A stretch of 32,000 nt of DNA, from NCBI RefSeq assembly GCF_000196355.1, contig NC_007614.1:2790001-2822000 (forward strand). Direction: 5' to 3'. The notes beneath the pieces are model-generated. The model was not told the DNA's origin. It did not search any database and was given only the letters and a program-made list of their open reading frames with translations. The translations under genes and the position numbers were made by a program. Shown here one piece after another: positions 8,779-19,160 of the stretch (position 1 is its first letter; the number at the start of each line of letters is the position of its first letter). The stretch is from Nitrosospira multiformis ATCC 25196. Lineage in GTDB: Bacteria; Pseudomonadota; Gammaproteobacteria; Burkholderiales; Nitrosomonadaceae.

Positions 8779-10713
8779 ATGAAGAAACTGTTGATCGGGC
8801 TGTTTTTGGCAACAACCTCCACTGCAACGTATGCAGCCGCAAGAAACCAGGACTTCCTGGCCCTGAAGCACGCATATCAGGCGGGCAACACTGCGCGCGT
8901 GAATATGTATGCGCAGCGGCTGCGAGGGCACGTGCTTGAACCTTATGGAGCTTATTATCAACTGCGACCGCAACTCTGGAATCCGAAGCTGAGTCCGGAC
9001 ACTGTCAAGCAGTTTATCGAGAAATATCACGATAGCCCTCTCAGCGACCGCCTGCTGGGAGAATGGCTGAAGGTCCTGGGCTGGACCGAGCGATGGGATC
9101 TTTTCGCAGAAAACTATCCGCGCATGGTCAACAAGGATGTCGAACTGGTCTGTTACTCTCTTCAACAGCGCCTGGCGGGAGGTGATCCCACCGTCTATAA
9201 GGAGGCATTTCCGTTATGGTTCAACGCGCGTGAGATGCCGCACAGCTGTAATCAGATATTCGATGTACTGATTACCGCCGGGACGCTGACAGACGACGAT
9301 ATCTGGGCACGGCTGCGTCTTGCGCTCGAGTCCGGCAATGTCAGCGCGGCAAAACGCATCAATGAATACCTGCCCAAAAATCAGCGTCTGAACGAACGCA
9401 ACCTGAATGCCGCCACAGAAAATCCTCTCCGCTATCTGGAAAGGCATCGGCGTGAGATCAAAACCCGCTCCGATCGGGAAATCGCACTTTTCGCCATGGT
9501 GCGCTTGCTCCGCAGCGGGCTCGATCAGGCGCATGCTTATTGGCCGCGGATACGCGACCGCTTCGGTGCGCCAGACCAGGCGTATTTTCTGGTGCAACTT
9601 GCGGACCAGGGGGCCCGGCGGCTGGACCCGCGCGCGTTGCAGTGGTTTGGAGAAGCCGCCAATACGCACAAGTCTGTTCCCCTCACCGATGCCCAGCTTG
9701 GTTGGAAAACCCGCACCGCCTTGCGTGCCGGGGACTGGAATCTCGTCCTGGATACAATCGAAACCATGTCGGCGGCGGAACAGAAAGAGGGGGTCTGGCG
9801 TTACTGGAAAGCGCGGGCGTTGAAAGCTAAAGGAAAATTAAAGGAAGCAAACGCCATTCTTGCGCCGTTGAGCAGCGAGCATCATTTTTACGGGCAATTG
9901 GCCGAAGAGGAGTTGGGCGTTACCATCGGCGCTCCTGCGGAATCCTTCAAGCCGACGGCAAAAGAAATTTCCGCAATGGAGCGGACGCCTGGAATCGCGC
10001 GCGCGCTGGCCTTCTACAACCTGGATTTGCGTTCGGAGGCGGCCCAGGAATGGATTTGGGCCGTGCGAAAATTTGATGACCATGAGCTGCTGGCGGCAGC
10101 GGAAGTCGCCCGCCGTCATGGGCACTACGACCGCGCCATCAATACCGCCGACAGAACCGTGCAGCGCCACGATTTCCACCTGAGGTTCCTTGCACCGCAT
10201 AGAGATGCGATGCGCGACATCCTGAAGCAGCAGGAACTCGACGAAGCATGGGTCTACGGCCTCATTCGCCAGGAGAGCCGCTTCGTCAGCGATGCCAAGT
10301 CCAGCGCCGGCGCTATGGGTCTGATGCAACTGATGCCCGGTACGGCAAAGTGGGCCTCCAAACAGATGGGACTGAGAAAGTATCGCCCAAGCCGGGTGAC
10401 GGAGGTAAATACCAACCTGACGCTGGGCACCTATTATATGAAACACGTGCTGTCCCTGTTCGACAACCAGTCGCTGGCTTCGGCCGCATACAACGCCGGT
10501 CCGAGCCGCGTGTGGCAGTGGCGTGATGAGAAGCCGCTGGAGGGCGCGATTTATGCGGAAACGATCCCCTTCAATGAAACGCGCGATTATGTCAAAAAGG
10601 TGATGAGCAACTCCATGTATTACGCCCGCAACTTCGGGCATCAGGTCAAGGCGCTGAAGCAGCGCCTGGGTATTGTCTCGTCCCGATTCGGGAGTGAAAA
10701 AGTGTCGGAGTGA
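8779..10713 (+). CDS. slt: Soluble lytic murein transglycosylase
   Basis: Signal peptide; long alpha-helical domain; SLT domain YGLIRQESRFVSDAKSSAGAMGLMQLMPGTAKW...NLTLGTYYMK...SLASAAYNAGPSRVWQW. Confidence 0.95.
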   Translation: MKKLLIGLFLATTSTATYAAARNQDFLALKHAYQAGNTARVNMYAQRLRGHVLEPYGAYYQLRPQLWNPKLSPDTVKQFIEKYHDSPLSDRLLGEWLKVLGWTERWDLFAENYPRMVNKDVELVCYSLQQRLAGGDPTVYKEAFPLWFNAREMPHSCNQIFDVLITAGTLTDDDIWARLRLALESGNVSAAKRINEYLPKNQRLNERNLNAATENPLRYLERHRREIKTRSDREIALFAMVRLLRSGLDQAHAYWPRIRDRFGAPDQAYFLVQLADQGARRLDPRALQWFGEAANTHKSVPLTDAQLGWKTRTALRAGDWNLVLDTIETMSAAEQKEGVWRYWKARALKAKGKLKEANAILAPLSSEHHFYGQLAEEELGVTIGAPAESFKPTAKEISAMERTPGIARALAFYNLDLRSEAAQEWIWAVRKFDDHELLAAAEVARRHGHYDRAINTADRTVQRHDFHLRFLAPHRDAMRDILKQQELDEAWVYGLIRQESRFVSDAKSSAGAMGLMQLMPGTAKWASKQMGLRKYRPSRVTEVNTNLTLGTYYMKHVLSLFDNQSLASAAYNAGPSRVWQWRDEKPLEGAIYAETIPFNETRDYVKKVMSNSMYYARNFGHQVKALKQRLGIVSSRFGSEKVSE

Positions 10714-10723
10714 GGGGTCTGAC

Positions 10724-11662
10724 ATGACATTCAAGAATATCTGCATTTTCGGCGGCAGTGGCTTTGTCGGGAAACATCTCGCAAATCTCCTGACCAACCG
10801 GGAAATCTACCTGCGTATTCCCACACGAAACTACGAGCGTGCAAAGGAGTTGCTGGAGATACCCACTACCGACCTGATCGAGGCCGACATCTACGACGAT
10901 AGGGACCTCGACCGGCTGCTCCTCGGCATCGATGCCGTGATCAACCTGGTAGGCGTGTTGCAGGGTGACTTTCATGCTGTCCATGTGGAGCTTCCGCAAA
11001 AGATCATCGCAGCCTGTAAACGCAATGGCATTACCCGGATACTGCATATGAGCGCTCTGAAGGCCGGGCCCGGTCAACCGAGCGAGTATTTGCGCTCGAA
11101 GGGAGAGGGAGAACAGATCGTAAGGACATCCGGGATGGATGCAACCGTTTTCAGGCCGTCAGTTATATTTGGTCCGGGCGACTCCTCGATCAATCTTTTT
11201 GCCAGACTGGGACGTCTGCCGGTTTTACCGCTGGCCTCACCTCATGCGAAATTCCAGCCGATCTTCGTCATGGATGTCGTGCAGGCGTTTGCGCTCAGCC
11301 TGGATGAGCCGCGTACTTTCGGACGAAGCTACGACCTGTGCGGACCGAAGTGCTACAGCCTGCGCGAACTGGTGGAGTATGCGGCACATGTGACGGGACA
11401 TGACCCTGCCATCATCGGGCTGGGAGATGCCCTTTCCCACCTCGAAGCAGCAGTGATGGAGATACTGCCAGGCAAACTGATGAGCGTCGATAATTACTAT
11501 TCGATGAAGATCGACAGCGTGTGCGACTGCGATAGTCCCGAGGCACTACTGGAAGTCTGGGGAATCCCTCCTACGGCACTTGAAGAAGCAGCACCGATAT
11601 ATCTGAAACATCAGTTGCCCCGTGAACGTTACAACTATCTGCGGCATTGGTCCGGGCGTTGA
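10724..11662 (+). CDS. Complex I NDUFA9-subunit family NAD(P)-binding protein
   Basis: MTFKNICIFGGSGFVGKHLANLLTNR Rossmann motif; NLVGVLQGDFHAVHVELPQKI; SVIFGPGDSSINLFARL. Confidence 0.88.
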   Translation: MTFKNICIFGGSGFVGKHLANLLTNREIYLRIPTRNYERAKELLEIPTTDLIEADIYDDRDLDRLLLGIDAVINLVGVLQGDFHAVHVELPQKIIAACKRNGITRILHMSALKAGPGQPSEYLRSKGEGEQIVRTSGMDATVFRPSVIFGPGDSSINLFARLGRLPVLPLASPHAKFQPIFVMDVVQAFALSLDEPRTFGRSYDLCGPKCYSLRELVEYAAHVTGHDPAIIGLGDALSHLEAAVMEILPGKLMSVDNYYSMKIDSVCDCDSPEALLEVWGIPPTALEEAAPIYLKHQLPRERYNYLRHWSGR

Positions 11663-11688
11663 GATAGATTCATACAGATAATTCCGGA

Positions 11689-12930
11689 ATGAAAACCTAC
11701 CTGGTGGGCGGCTCCGTGCGTGACGAGATACTGGGGCTGCCCGTAACGGATCACGATTATGTGGTTGTCGGCGTCTCGCCGGAAGAAATGGTACATCTGG
11801 GCTTCCGCCCGGTAGGAAAAGATTTTCCCGTTTTTCTTCACCCTCAAAGCCAGGAACAATACGCCCTGGCCCGCACGGAGCGCAAGGTTTCGCGCGGCTA
11901 CAAAGGGTTTGAGGTTTATGCTTCCCCCGAAGTTACGCTACAGGAGGACCTGGCGCGCCGTGATCTGACGATAAACGCAATCGCCAAGGATGAGTACGGC
12001 AACATCATCGACCCTTTCGGCGGGATCGCTGATCTGGAAGCCGGCGTGCTCCGCCATATCGGCCCGGCATTCACTGAAGACCCGGTGCGTGTCCTGCGTA
12101 CCGCTCGCTTTGCCGCACGTTTCGGTTTCCATATCGCGCCCGAAACACTAGCGCTGATGAACGAAATGGTCCATAACGGGGAGGTGGACGCCCTGGTGTC
12201 GGAGCGGGTATGGCAGGAGATTGCACGCGGTTTGATGGAGCGCCACCCTTCACGCATGTTTTACGCGCTGCGCGACTGTGGTGCCCTCACCCGTATCATG
12301 CCTGAAGTGGATGCCTTGTTCGGCGTGCCGCAACCTCCGCAGCATCACCCCGAAATCGATACCGGGGTACACGTGATGATGGTGATCGATTATGCCGCTT
12401 CGAGGAATTATTCCCTGCAGGTCCGGTTTGCCGCGCTCACCCACGATCTCGGTAAAGGGACGACTCCTCCGGAAGAATGGCCGCGCCATATTGGACACGA
12501 AGCGCGCAGCGTCAGACTGGTGCAGGGCTTATGCGAACGTATCAACCCTCCCAACGAAATGCGGAACCTGGCATTGCTGGTGGCCCGCTATCACGGAGAC
12601 GTGCACCGCGCGGCCGAACTGCGACCTGTCACCATCGCCAATCTGCTTCAGGGAGTGGATGCCTATCGCAAACCCGAGCGCTTCGAAGAATTTCTGCAAG
12701 CCTGCGCGTGTGATTTTCATGGACGGCCGGGCTACGCAACACGGCCTTACCCGCAGGCGGATCGACTCCGCGAAGCGTTTCAGGCGGCAAGAAGCGTGGA
12801 TGCGGGAGCGATCGCCAAAGAGATGGCAAGAAACGTTTCCGATCCCAGCCGCCTGCCCGTCGCCATTAACACTCGGGTAAGCGAAACCCGTATCGCTGAA
12901 ATCAGAAACCGTCTTGGAAGCCTCGCCTGA
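11689..12930 (+). CDS. cca: CCA-adding tRNA nucleotidyltransferase (multifunctional, HD-domain type)
   Basis: [67 protein letters not shown] motif. Confidence 0.96.
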   Translation: MKTYLVGGSVRDEILGLPVTDHDYVVVGVSPEEMVHLGFRPVGKDFPVFLHPQSQEQYALARTERKVSRGYKGFEVYASPEVTLQEDLARRDLTINAIAKDEYGNIIDPFGGIADLEAGVLRHIGPAFTEDPVRVLRTARFAARFGFHIAPETLALMNEMVHNGEVDALVSERVWQEIARGLMERHPSRMFYALRDCGALTRIMPEVDALFGVPQPPQHHPEIDTGVHVMMVIDYAASRNYSLQVRFAALTHDLGKGTTPPEEWPRHIGHEARSVRLVQGLCERINPPNEMRNLALLVARYHGDVHRAAELRPVTIANLLQGVDAYRKPERFEEFLQACACDFHGRPGYATRPYPQADRLREAFQAARSVDAGAIAKEMARNVSDPSRLPVAINTRVSETRIAEIRNRLGSLA

Positions 12931-13015
12931 ATGCCGCTTTCCCCTTCGACGGCCTGAGGACTAGAATTTGCGCCTTGGCAAAGCCGGCAGAGGCTTTCTG
13001 ATGGCTAGTCAGCGC

Positions 13016-13492
13016 TTACATATGGCAGTGTCCGGAGATACCGCGCTTTTCGAGGTAGCGCTGATGATATTCCTCAGCAGGATAAAAATCTGAGGCGGGT
13101 GTAATTTCAGTCACGACCGGGGCGCGCCAGCGGCCGCTTTGCTCCAGTTTTTCCTTCGACGCGCGCGCCGCACTCTCCTGTTCAGGGGTGTAAAAGAATA
13201 TGGCAGAGCGGTACTGTTTACCCACGTCCGGTCCCTGCCGGTTGAGCGTAGTGGGATTATGGCAGTTCCAGAAGACGTCGAGCAACTCATCATAGCTGAC
13301 CTGCGACGGATCGTATTCCACCTGCACTACCTCGGCGTGGCCGGTTTTATCAGTGCATACGTCGCGATAGGAAGGATTTTTCATATGGCCGCCGGAGTAG
13401 CCGCTGGTAACCTCCTTTACGCCTTTGACAGCACGAAAAGCGGCCTCCACGCCCCAAAAGCAGCCTGCTCCAAAAATCGCTTTTTCTGTCAT
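13016..13492 (-). CDS. msrA: Peptide-methionine (S)-S-oxide reductase
   Basis: [31 protein letters not shown]; [22 protein letters not shown]; YHQRYLEK. Confidence 0.97.
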   Translation of the reverse strand: MTEKAIFGAGCFWGVEAAFRAVKGVKEVTSGYSGGHMKNPSYRDVCTDKTGHAEVVQVEYDPSQVSYDELLDVFWNCHNPTTLNRQGPDVGKQYRSAIFFYTPEQESAARASKEKLEQSGRWRAPVVTEITPASDFYPAEEYHQRYLEKRGISGHCHM

Positions 13493-13599
13493 TGCTGTGC
13501 CTCTACGTTATATAAACCCGGTTCGACGGACTGACTACACCGGTCAATCACTTAATCGGTTAAATGGGGTTTCCCCCGCGCAAATCAATCGGGAATCTA

Positions 13600-14385
13600 C
13601 TAATTTTCTTTGTGGTCTTTATAGCTTATGCGAGGCTTATGCGGTGCATTGGCGAATAGCCGGTCGTACAGGAAATTGGGAAGCAACCGCAAGACCCGGG
13701 CGACAATTGCCATTTGCCAAGGTATTACGGCAAACGATTTCTTGCGCTCGATAATGCCGACGATCTTCCGGGCGGCGGCTTCAGCGGTCAGGATGAAGGG
13801 CATGGGGAAGGGATTATCGACTGTCATGGGCGTTACGACATAGCCGGGGCAAATGGTTATGACGGATAGGCCGCTTCCGTGCAATTCCACCCGGAGGCTC
13901 TCCAGGTAGCTGATTGCAGCTGCCTTGGAAGCCGAATAGGCGCCGCTGCCGGGCAGGCCGCGATAGCCGGCGACACTTGCAATTCCTACCAGACTACCCT
14001 GTCCGACTGTGCGCATGACTGAAACAAAGGGCTGGAAGAGGTTCACCATACCGATAACATTCGTGGTGAGAATATCCTCAAAAACCTCCTTGTCTTCGGC
14101 ACATTCGGTAAGGGTGCCGTGACTGATGCCCGCGTTGGCGATGACGATATCGGGACAACCATGGCGGACGATAAAATCTTCTGCCGCAGTCCGCAGGGCA
14201 GCAGCATCACGCACATCCGCGACGTAGAGAGATACCTTCGCTTCCGCCCTCTCCGCCACGAGGCTCTCCAGCAAATCCACCCGGCGAGCAATCAGGCCAA
14301 GCGTTGCGCCGCTGTCGGCATAACGGCGCGCCAACGCCCTCCCGAGGCCGGTGGAGGCGCCACTGATGATGACTTTCAGGGTCAA
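13600..14385 (-). CDS. Short-chain dehydrogenase/reductase
   Basis: IISGASTGLGRALARRYA; NAGIS; YSASKAAAISYLESLRVEL. Confidence 0.92.
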   Translation of the reverse strand: MTLKVIISGASTGLGRALARRYADSGATLGLIARRVDLLESLVAERAEAKVSLYVADVRDAAALRTAAEDFIVRHGCPDIVIANAGISHGTLTECAEDKEVFEDILTTNVIGMVNLFQPFVSVMRTVGQGSLVGIASVAGYRGLPGSGAYSASKAAAISYLESLRVELHGSGLSVITICPGYVVTPMTVDNPFPMPFILTAEAAARKIVGIIERKKSFAVIPWQMAIVARVLRLLPNFLYDRLFANAPHKPRISYKDHKEN

Positions 14386-14394
14386 CGGAAGAAG

Positions 14395-15042
14395 CTATTT
14401 TCCAGTCCGTTCCTTGCGCACTTTCTGTATCAACTCTTCCATTGTCCGAATGGTATCGTCCGGCGTACTGCCCATTCTGCCACTCGTGAGATATCTGCCA
14501 TCCACCGCTATCGCAGGCACGCCGGTAAGACCATAATCCTTCGAGAAATGCACGGATCTGGATAGTTGATTCTGTACCGAGAACGAATTGTAGACATCTA
14601 TAAATTTCTGACGGTCTATTCCCTGTTTTGCAATCCAGTCGAACAGCACGTCCTCCTTGCCCAGGTCTATCCCGTCTCTGTGAATGGCATCGTAGACCTT
14701 GTCATGCAGCCGATCTTTTTCTCCGAGCGCTTCCAGTGCATAAAATGTTTTTGCAGCCGGCGCCCAGGTGGGACGAAAAACTGCGGGAACATAGCGGAAG
14801 CTGACATCCGCGGGCTTGTGCTTGAGCCAGGCCTTGATGCGGGGATGCAACTCGTAGCAGTGCGGGCAGCCGTACCAGAAAAATTCCATGACTTCTATAT
14901 TCTTTCCCCCTTCAGCGGGAAAAGGACGGGGCAGGACCGTGTAATCCTTTCCTTCGACGATATCCGCGCGAGCAGGGGAAATTGACGGAAAACCTATACC
15001 GGCCAGCAACAGGAATGCCGTAAGCAGCCGCAGTAAATTCAT
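14395..15042 (-). CDS. dsbA: Thiol:disulfide interchange protein DsbA
   Basis: Signal peptide; VMEFFWYGCPHCYELHP with CPHC active site; GLTGVPAIAVDGRYL. Confidence 0.93.
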   Translation of the reverse strand: MNLLRLLTAFLLLAGIGFPSISPARADIVEGKDYTVLPRPFPAEGGKNIEVMEFFWYGCPHCYELHPRIKAWLKHKPADVSFRYVPAVFRPTWAPAAKTFYALEALGEKDRLHDKVYDAIHRDGIDLGKEDVLFDWIAKQGIDRQKFIDVYNSFSVQNQLSRSVHFSKDYGLTGVPAIAVDGRYLTSGRMGSTPDDTIRTMEELIQKVRKERTGK

Positions 15043-15125
15043 ATTTTTCTCCTTCAGTTGGATGCCCCGAAATTGGTGGATCGTTTACCGGTCCACGTCT
15101 TGCCGCTGTGCTCCCTTATGTTCCC

Positions 15126-15740
15126 CTACGCTCCCTCATGCACCCTGATGGGGCTGGTCTGAACGCCATTCTGCTGAAGCGATGCACGAATCCGGTTCAT
15201 GTCATCGACATTGGAAAAAGGTCCCACGCGTACGCGGTGCCATAGCCCTTTTTGCGGAACTTCGGCAGTCTGGACCGCCGCTTCCACTCCCAGCATCGCC
15301 AGCTTCGCTTTCATATTTTCGGCGTCATTCGGATTCTGGAATGCTCCCGCTTGAAGAAAGTACTTATCCTGAGAAGTCGGCGGCTGCTTTGCAGCCTGTT
15401 TCAGCTGCTGCTCCGTGACGGGTTCCTCTGTGGAGGGAAGAATATTATAAAATTCAAAGCGCGGTTTGCTATCGGACGCTTTCGCGGTTTTGTCTTCAAT
15501 GCCAGCCGCTTCCTCTTCTTTTTCAGGCTTATCCGCAGCATTCCCGTTTGCAGAAGCCTCGGCCACCTTATCCTGAGAGATAAAGGGACTGGGCGCCTGG
15601 CTCATGTACATCCAGGTGCCCATGGCGGTGAGAAGACCCAGGACATAGCCGATAAACATCCCGAAAAAGAGGGTGCCTGTTTTCTTTCCCGAGTAGAGAG
15701 GCGTTTTGTAATCTCGATTCAAGTAAGGATGCGTCATCAC
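15126..15740 (-). CDS. SPOR-domain membrane protein
   Basis: N-terminal TM GTLFFGMFIGYVLGLLTAMGTW; C-terminal FLQAGAFQNPNDAENMKAKLAMLG...WHRVRVGPFSNVDDMNRIRASL SPOR pattern; 4-nt overlap with argS. Confidence 0.9.
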   Translation of the reverse strand: MMTHPYLNRDYKTPLYSGKKTGTLFFGMFIGYVLGLLTAMGTWMYMSQAPSPFISQDKVAEASANGNAADKPEKEEEAAGIEDKTAKASDSKPRFEFYNILPSTEEPVTEQQLKQAAKQPPTSQDKYFLQAGAFQNPNDAENMKAKLAMLGVEAAVQTAEVPQKGLWHRVRVGPFSNVDDMNRIRASLQQNGVQTSPIRVHEGA

Positions 15741-17533
15741 ATTTTAGCTGGCGCGCTCACGCCCAATAGTTTAAGACCGTTATTCAATACCTGTCTGACC
15801 GCCGCCACAAGCGCCAATCTTGCAAGGCGGACCGTCATCTCCGGCACCAGGAAACGAGTAGAATTATAGTAACTGTGGAACTCCCCTGCCAGTTCCTTCA
15901 AGTAAAAGGCAATCAGGTGGGGAGAGAATTCCCTCGCTGCGGCTTCGACCGTTTCGGGATAGTCGATCAGCTTCTGCAACAGGGAGAGTTCCGCAGCGCC
16001 GGTTAATGCAGAAGTGTCGGCTGTAACCAGCATGCCTGGGTCTTCCCCCCACTGTTCCAGCACGCTGCAAACCCTTGCATGCGCATATTGCACGTAATAC
16101 ACCGGGTTATCGGTGCTTTGCGACTTTGCCAAGTCCAGGTCGAAATCGAGATGCTGATCGCTCTTGCGTAATACGTAAAAAAAGCGCGCCGCATCGGTTC
16201 CCACTTCCTGACGCAACTCCCGCAAGGTGACAAATTCTCCCGCCCGGGTGGACATCGGCACCTTCTTGCCATCACGGTAAAGCACGGCAAACTGCACCAG
16301 AGCAATTTCAAGTTTCTCGGGATCGAGCGCCAATGCCTGCATGGCGCCTTTCACCCGGGAAATGTAGCCGTGATGGTCCGCGCCCCAGATATCGATCACG
16401 CGGTCGAATCCGCGTGAGAATTTGTTGAGGTGATAGGCAATATCAGAGGCAAAATAGGTGAACTGCCCGTTTTCGCGCTGCACCACCCTATCCTTTTCGT
16501 CACCGAAATGACTGGAGCGGAACCATTTGGCGCCATCCTGCTGATACAGGTAATTGCCTTCTTCGAGCAGGTGAACAGCCTGGGCCACCCCTCCGCTGTC
16601 GAATAAGGATTGCTCGGAAAACCAGATGTCGAAGGTGACGCCGAATTCCATCAGATCGTTGCGGCAATCCCCCAATTGCTCATTCAGAACGAAGTTATGG
16701 ATGTAGGCATAATCCTGCCCCAGCAGCTTTTTCGCGTTGGCAATCAATCCATCAAGGGCAGCCTCCGTGTCCGCTTCCGCTCCGGCAACGCGATCAAACA
16801 GCAGTTCCGGCTCATGCACATAGCGTCCGGCATGGGCTTTATGAATCAGCCTTGCCATGTCGCGCACATACTCCCCCTGATAGGCATTGGGCGGAAAAGC
16901 TGAGGCGACGCCGTTCAGTTCCAGGTAGCGCAGCCAAGTGGAAAGCGCCAGAATATCCATCTGGCGGCCGGCGTCGTTAATGTAATACTCGCGCGTCACC
17001 GAATAGCCTGCGGCGGCGAGCACGTTGGCAAGGCTTGCGCCAAATGCCGCGCCTCTGCCGTGTCCCACATGCAACGGGCCCGTGGGATTGGCTGAAACGA
17101 ATTCAACCTGGATTTTTTCCCCTGCCCCCATGCTGCTGTGACCGAACTTCTCACCGCTCTCCAGCACATATCGCGAAAACTGCTGCTTGGCCGAGGTGGT
17201 GAGAAACAGGTTGATAAAACCCGCGCCTGCAATTTCCACTTTTTCCAGATAAGGGGATGCGGAGAATGCGGTGGCAAGAGATTGCGCAATGTCGCGCGGC
17301 TTTTGACGCAATGGCTTGGCCAGTTGCATCGCCAGGTTGCAGGAATAATCGCCGTGACTTGACTGCCGCGGCCGGGCAAATTCTATATCCAGATTCAGGT
17401 CCGCCAATCCCCTCTCATTCAGGGCATTGCGCAGGATATCGGTAAAGTGGGATTTGAAGTCAGGCTGAACAGGGGGAATCACGACAACCTTCTCGGCTGT
17501 TACACAGCCGCTATTATAACGGGCTCCGGCCAA
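15737..17533 (-). CDS. argS: Arginyl-tRNA synthetase
   Basis: VEFVSANPTGPLHVGHGRGAAFGASLANVL (HVGH class I motif); DIAYHLNKFSRGFDRVIDIWGADHHGYISRVKGAM; C-terminal DALR region. Confidence 0.97.
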   Translation of the reverse strand: MAGARYNSGCVTAEKVVVIPPVQPDFKSHFTDILRNALNERGLADLNLDIEFARPRQSSHGDYSCNLAMQLAKPLRQKPRDIAQSLATAFSASPYLEKVEIAGAGFINLFLTTSAKQQFSRYVLESGEKFGHSSMGAGEKIQVEFVSANPTGPLHVGHGRGAAFGASLANVLAAAGYSVTREYYINDAGRQMDILALSTWLRYLELNGVASAFPPNAYQGEYVRDMARLIHKAHAGRYVHEPELLFDRVAGAEADTEAALDGLIANAKKLLGQDYAYIHNFVLNEQLGDCRNDLMEFGVTFDIWFSEQSLFDSGGVAQAVHLLEEGNYLYQQDGAKWFRSSHFGDEKDRVVQRENGQFTYFASDIAYHLNKFSRGFDRVIDIWGADHHGYISRVKGAMQALALDPEKLEIALVQFAVLYRDGKKVPMSTRAGEFVTLRELRQEVGTDAARFFYVLRKSDQHLDFDLDLAKSQSTDNPVYYVQYAHARVCSVLEQWGEDPGMLVTADTSALTGAAELSLLQKLIDYPETVEAAAREFSPHLIAFYLKELAGEFHSYYNSTRFLVPEMTVRLARLALVAAVRQVLNNGLKLLGVSAPAKM

Positions 17534-18402
17534 GTTACGCGCCAGTTTGTCGTGATCAAATGGATAAATCGCGCCTTGCTAAAAAACGATCGTCCACCCC
17601 GGCTGATTTGCCTGCTGCCTGGTATAGGACACGCCATGCACCTTCAGACCGTCCTGGTTCAGCAAAGTGATGATGCCTCCCTTGTTGGACAGGGCGACCG
17701 GAGGTTGAATATCGATCCGGAGCATCGCACCCGGCTCTATGGCCCCGCTCAACGGCATTTTTGCTTTGTGCTTGTCAGCCAGTTGCCAGCCCGCGAGGGA
17801 AATGGCGCGATCACTTGCGTTCAATATATTGACCCACTCCTTTTCGGGAGATTCGATCGAATTAACCATTGCCGAAACAATGCGCACCAGGCCATCCGGG
17901 AGAGCTTGGGTTGGCTGCGGCACGACCGGATCCGGATTCCTCGGTTCCCCCTCTTCACCTTCGGCCCACGTACGGCCGGTCCGGTCGTCGGTATGCCAGC
18001 TTTGCGACTGAAATTTCAAGAAAACGGCTGTCCACTGCTGCTGAAGAGGAAAATGGAACAGCACGCCGCCATCCTGCCACACTCCATCATCCTTGATAAA
18101 GCTTCCGACATTTCCCTGGTTCATGTGAATATCGTGTATGCCGTTACCGGGTAGAAAACCGAAGTACTTATCCGCCTTGTTGCTCTCCGGTCCCCACCTT
18201 TCACCAAAGGCGTAAACCAAGGCCTCTTCGTCTGCCATCGCGCGCTGCACGATCTGGTCGAGCTTCTCGTTCAGGTCATTATCGGGGCCGGGAAGATCGT
18301 GTGGAAGCGGCGTCATCATCCCGGGTTGCAGGAGGTTGCCGCGGATCAGATCAAGCGCGCCCGAGCCGGGGTGGGATGCAAGCCGGCTAGGCTCAGGACT
18401 CA

Positions 18403-18777
18403 TTAATTGAGATAGAAGATGACAGTTGCGGCGATACAGATGGCAGAGAAGAAGGTATGGGCACAGCGGTCGTAACGCATGGCGATCCTGCGCCAGTCCT
18501 TGAGCCGAGCGAACATGTTCTCGATCCTGTGCCTTTGCCTGTAGAGGGTCTTGTCGTATTTGATCTGGATTTTGCGATTCCTTTTTGTCGGTATGCAGGG
18601 CGTCATGCCTTTGGCACGCAACGCTGCCCGGAACCAGGCAGCGTCATAGCCGCGGTCTGCAATCAGGGTTTTGGCTTTGGGCAATGACGGCAGCAGCACA
18701 CGTGCTCCCTTGTAATCGCTCATCTGCCCTTCGGACAGGAGCATGGCCACAGGCTTGCCCTGACCGTCGCAGACCAC
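18403..18777 (-). CDS. IS5-family transposase, downstream ORF (ORFB), expected to be expressed by -1 frameshift from ORFA; ORFB frame extends upstream to about 18840
   Basis: GDVPRRIGRTKGGLNSKLH upstream of MVCDGQGKPVAMLLSEGQMSDYKGARVLLPSLPKAKTLIADRGYDAAWFRAAL...YRQRHRIENMFARLKDWRRIAMRYDR: DDE catalytic domain. Confidence 0.92.
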   Translation of the reverse strand: MVCDGQGKPVAMLLSEGQMSDYKGARVLLPSLPKAKTLIADRGYDAAWFRAALRAKGMTPCIPTKRNRKIQIKYDKTLYRQRHRIENMFARLKDWRRIAMRYDRCAHTFFSAICIAATVIFYLN

Positions 18778-18791
18778 ATGAAGCTTCGAGT

Positions 18792-19160
18792 TCAGGCCGC
18801 CCTTTGTGCGACCGATACGGCGGGGAACATCCCCTTTTTTAGCAGGCTGGCTGCCGTGCGGTGGGCCTTCAGATGCGTGGCGTCGATCATCAGCCTCTCG
18901 GGCGTTTCCTCTTTACCGGTCAGTTCCACAAAGATGCGGTTGAACACGCCCAGTCGGCTCCAGCGCACGAAACGGTTATACAGTGTCTTGTGCGGCCCGT
19001 ATTCCCTGGGGGCATCCTTCCATTGCAGGCCATTCCGAATGACGTAGATGATCCCGCTGATCACCCGCAGATCATCAACACGGGGAACTCCGTGGGACAA
19101 GGGAAAATAAGGTTTTATACGGTTGAACTGTGTTTCCGACAGGTAAAACAAATCTCTCAT
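18792..19160 (-). CDS. IS5-family transposase, upstream ORF (ORFA)
   Basis: MRDLFYLSETQFNRIKPYFPLSHGVPRVDDLRVISGIIYVIRNGLQWKDAPREYGPHKTLYNRFVRWSRLGVFNRIF...LMIDATHLKAHRTAASLLKKG. Confidence 0.93.
   Translation of the reverse strand: MRDLFYLSETQFNRIKPYFPLSHGVPRVDDLRVISGIIYVIRNGLQWKDAPREYGPHKTLYNRFVRWSRLGVFNRIFVELTGKEETPERLMIDATHLKAHRTAASLLKKGMFPAVSVAQRAA
18834..18840 (-). promoter_or_regulatory. Programmed -1 ribosomal frameshift heptamer A_AAA_AAG
   Basis: Minus strand reads CTG CTA AAA AAG GGG; a -1 slip at A_AAA_AAG moves ORFA into the ORFB frame (…GDVPRRIGRTKGGLNSKLH…). Confidence 0.85.

Noticed and set aside
9838-10797. 319-aa minus-strand ORF in the track
   Set aside because: Lies opposite the slt coding sequence; likely a GC-rich shadow ORF.
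18403-18403. Annotated ATG start at 18403 for the 274-aa ORF 17579..18403 as an independent gene
   Set aside because: Codons for MSPEP lie inside the IS terminal inverted repeat; the real sequence begins at ...SRLASHPGSG and continues the upstream half of the split gene.
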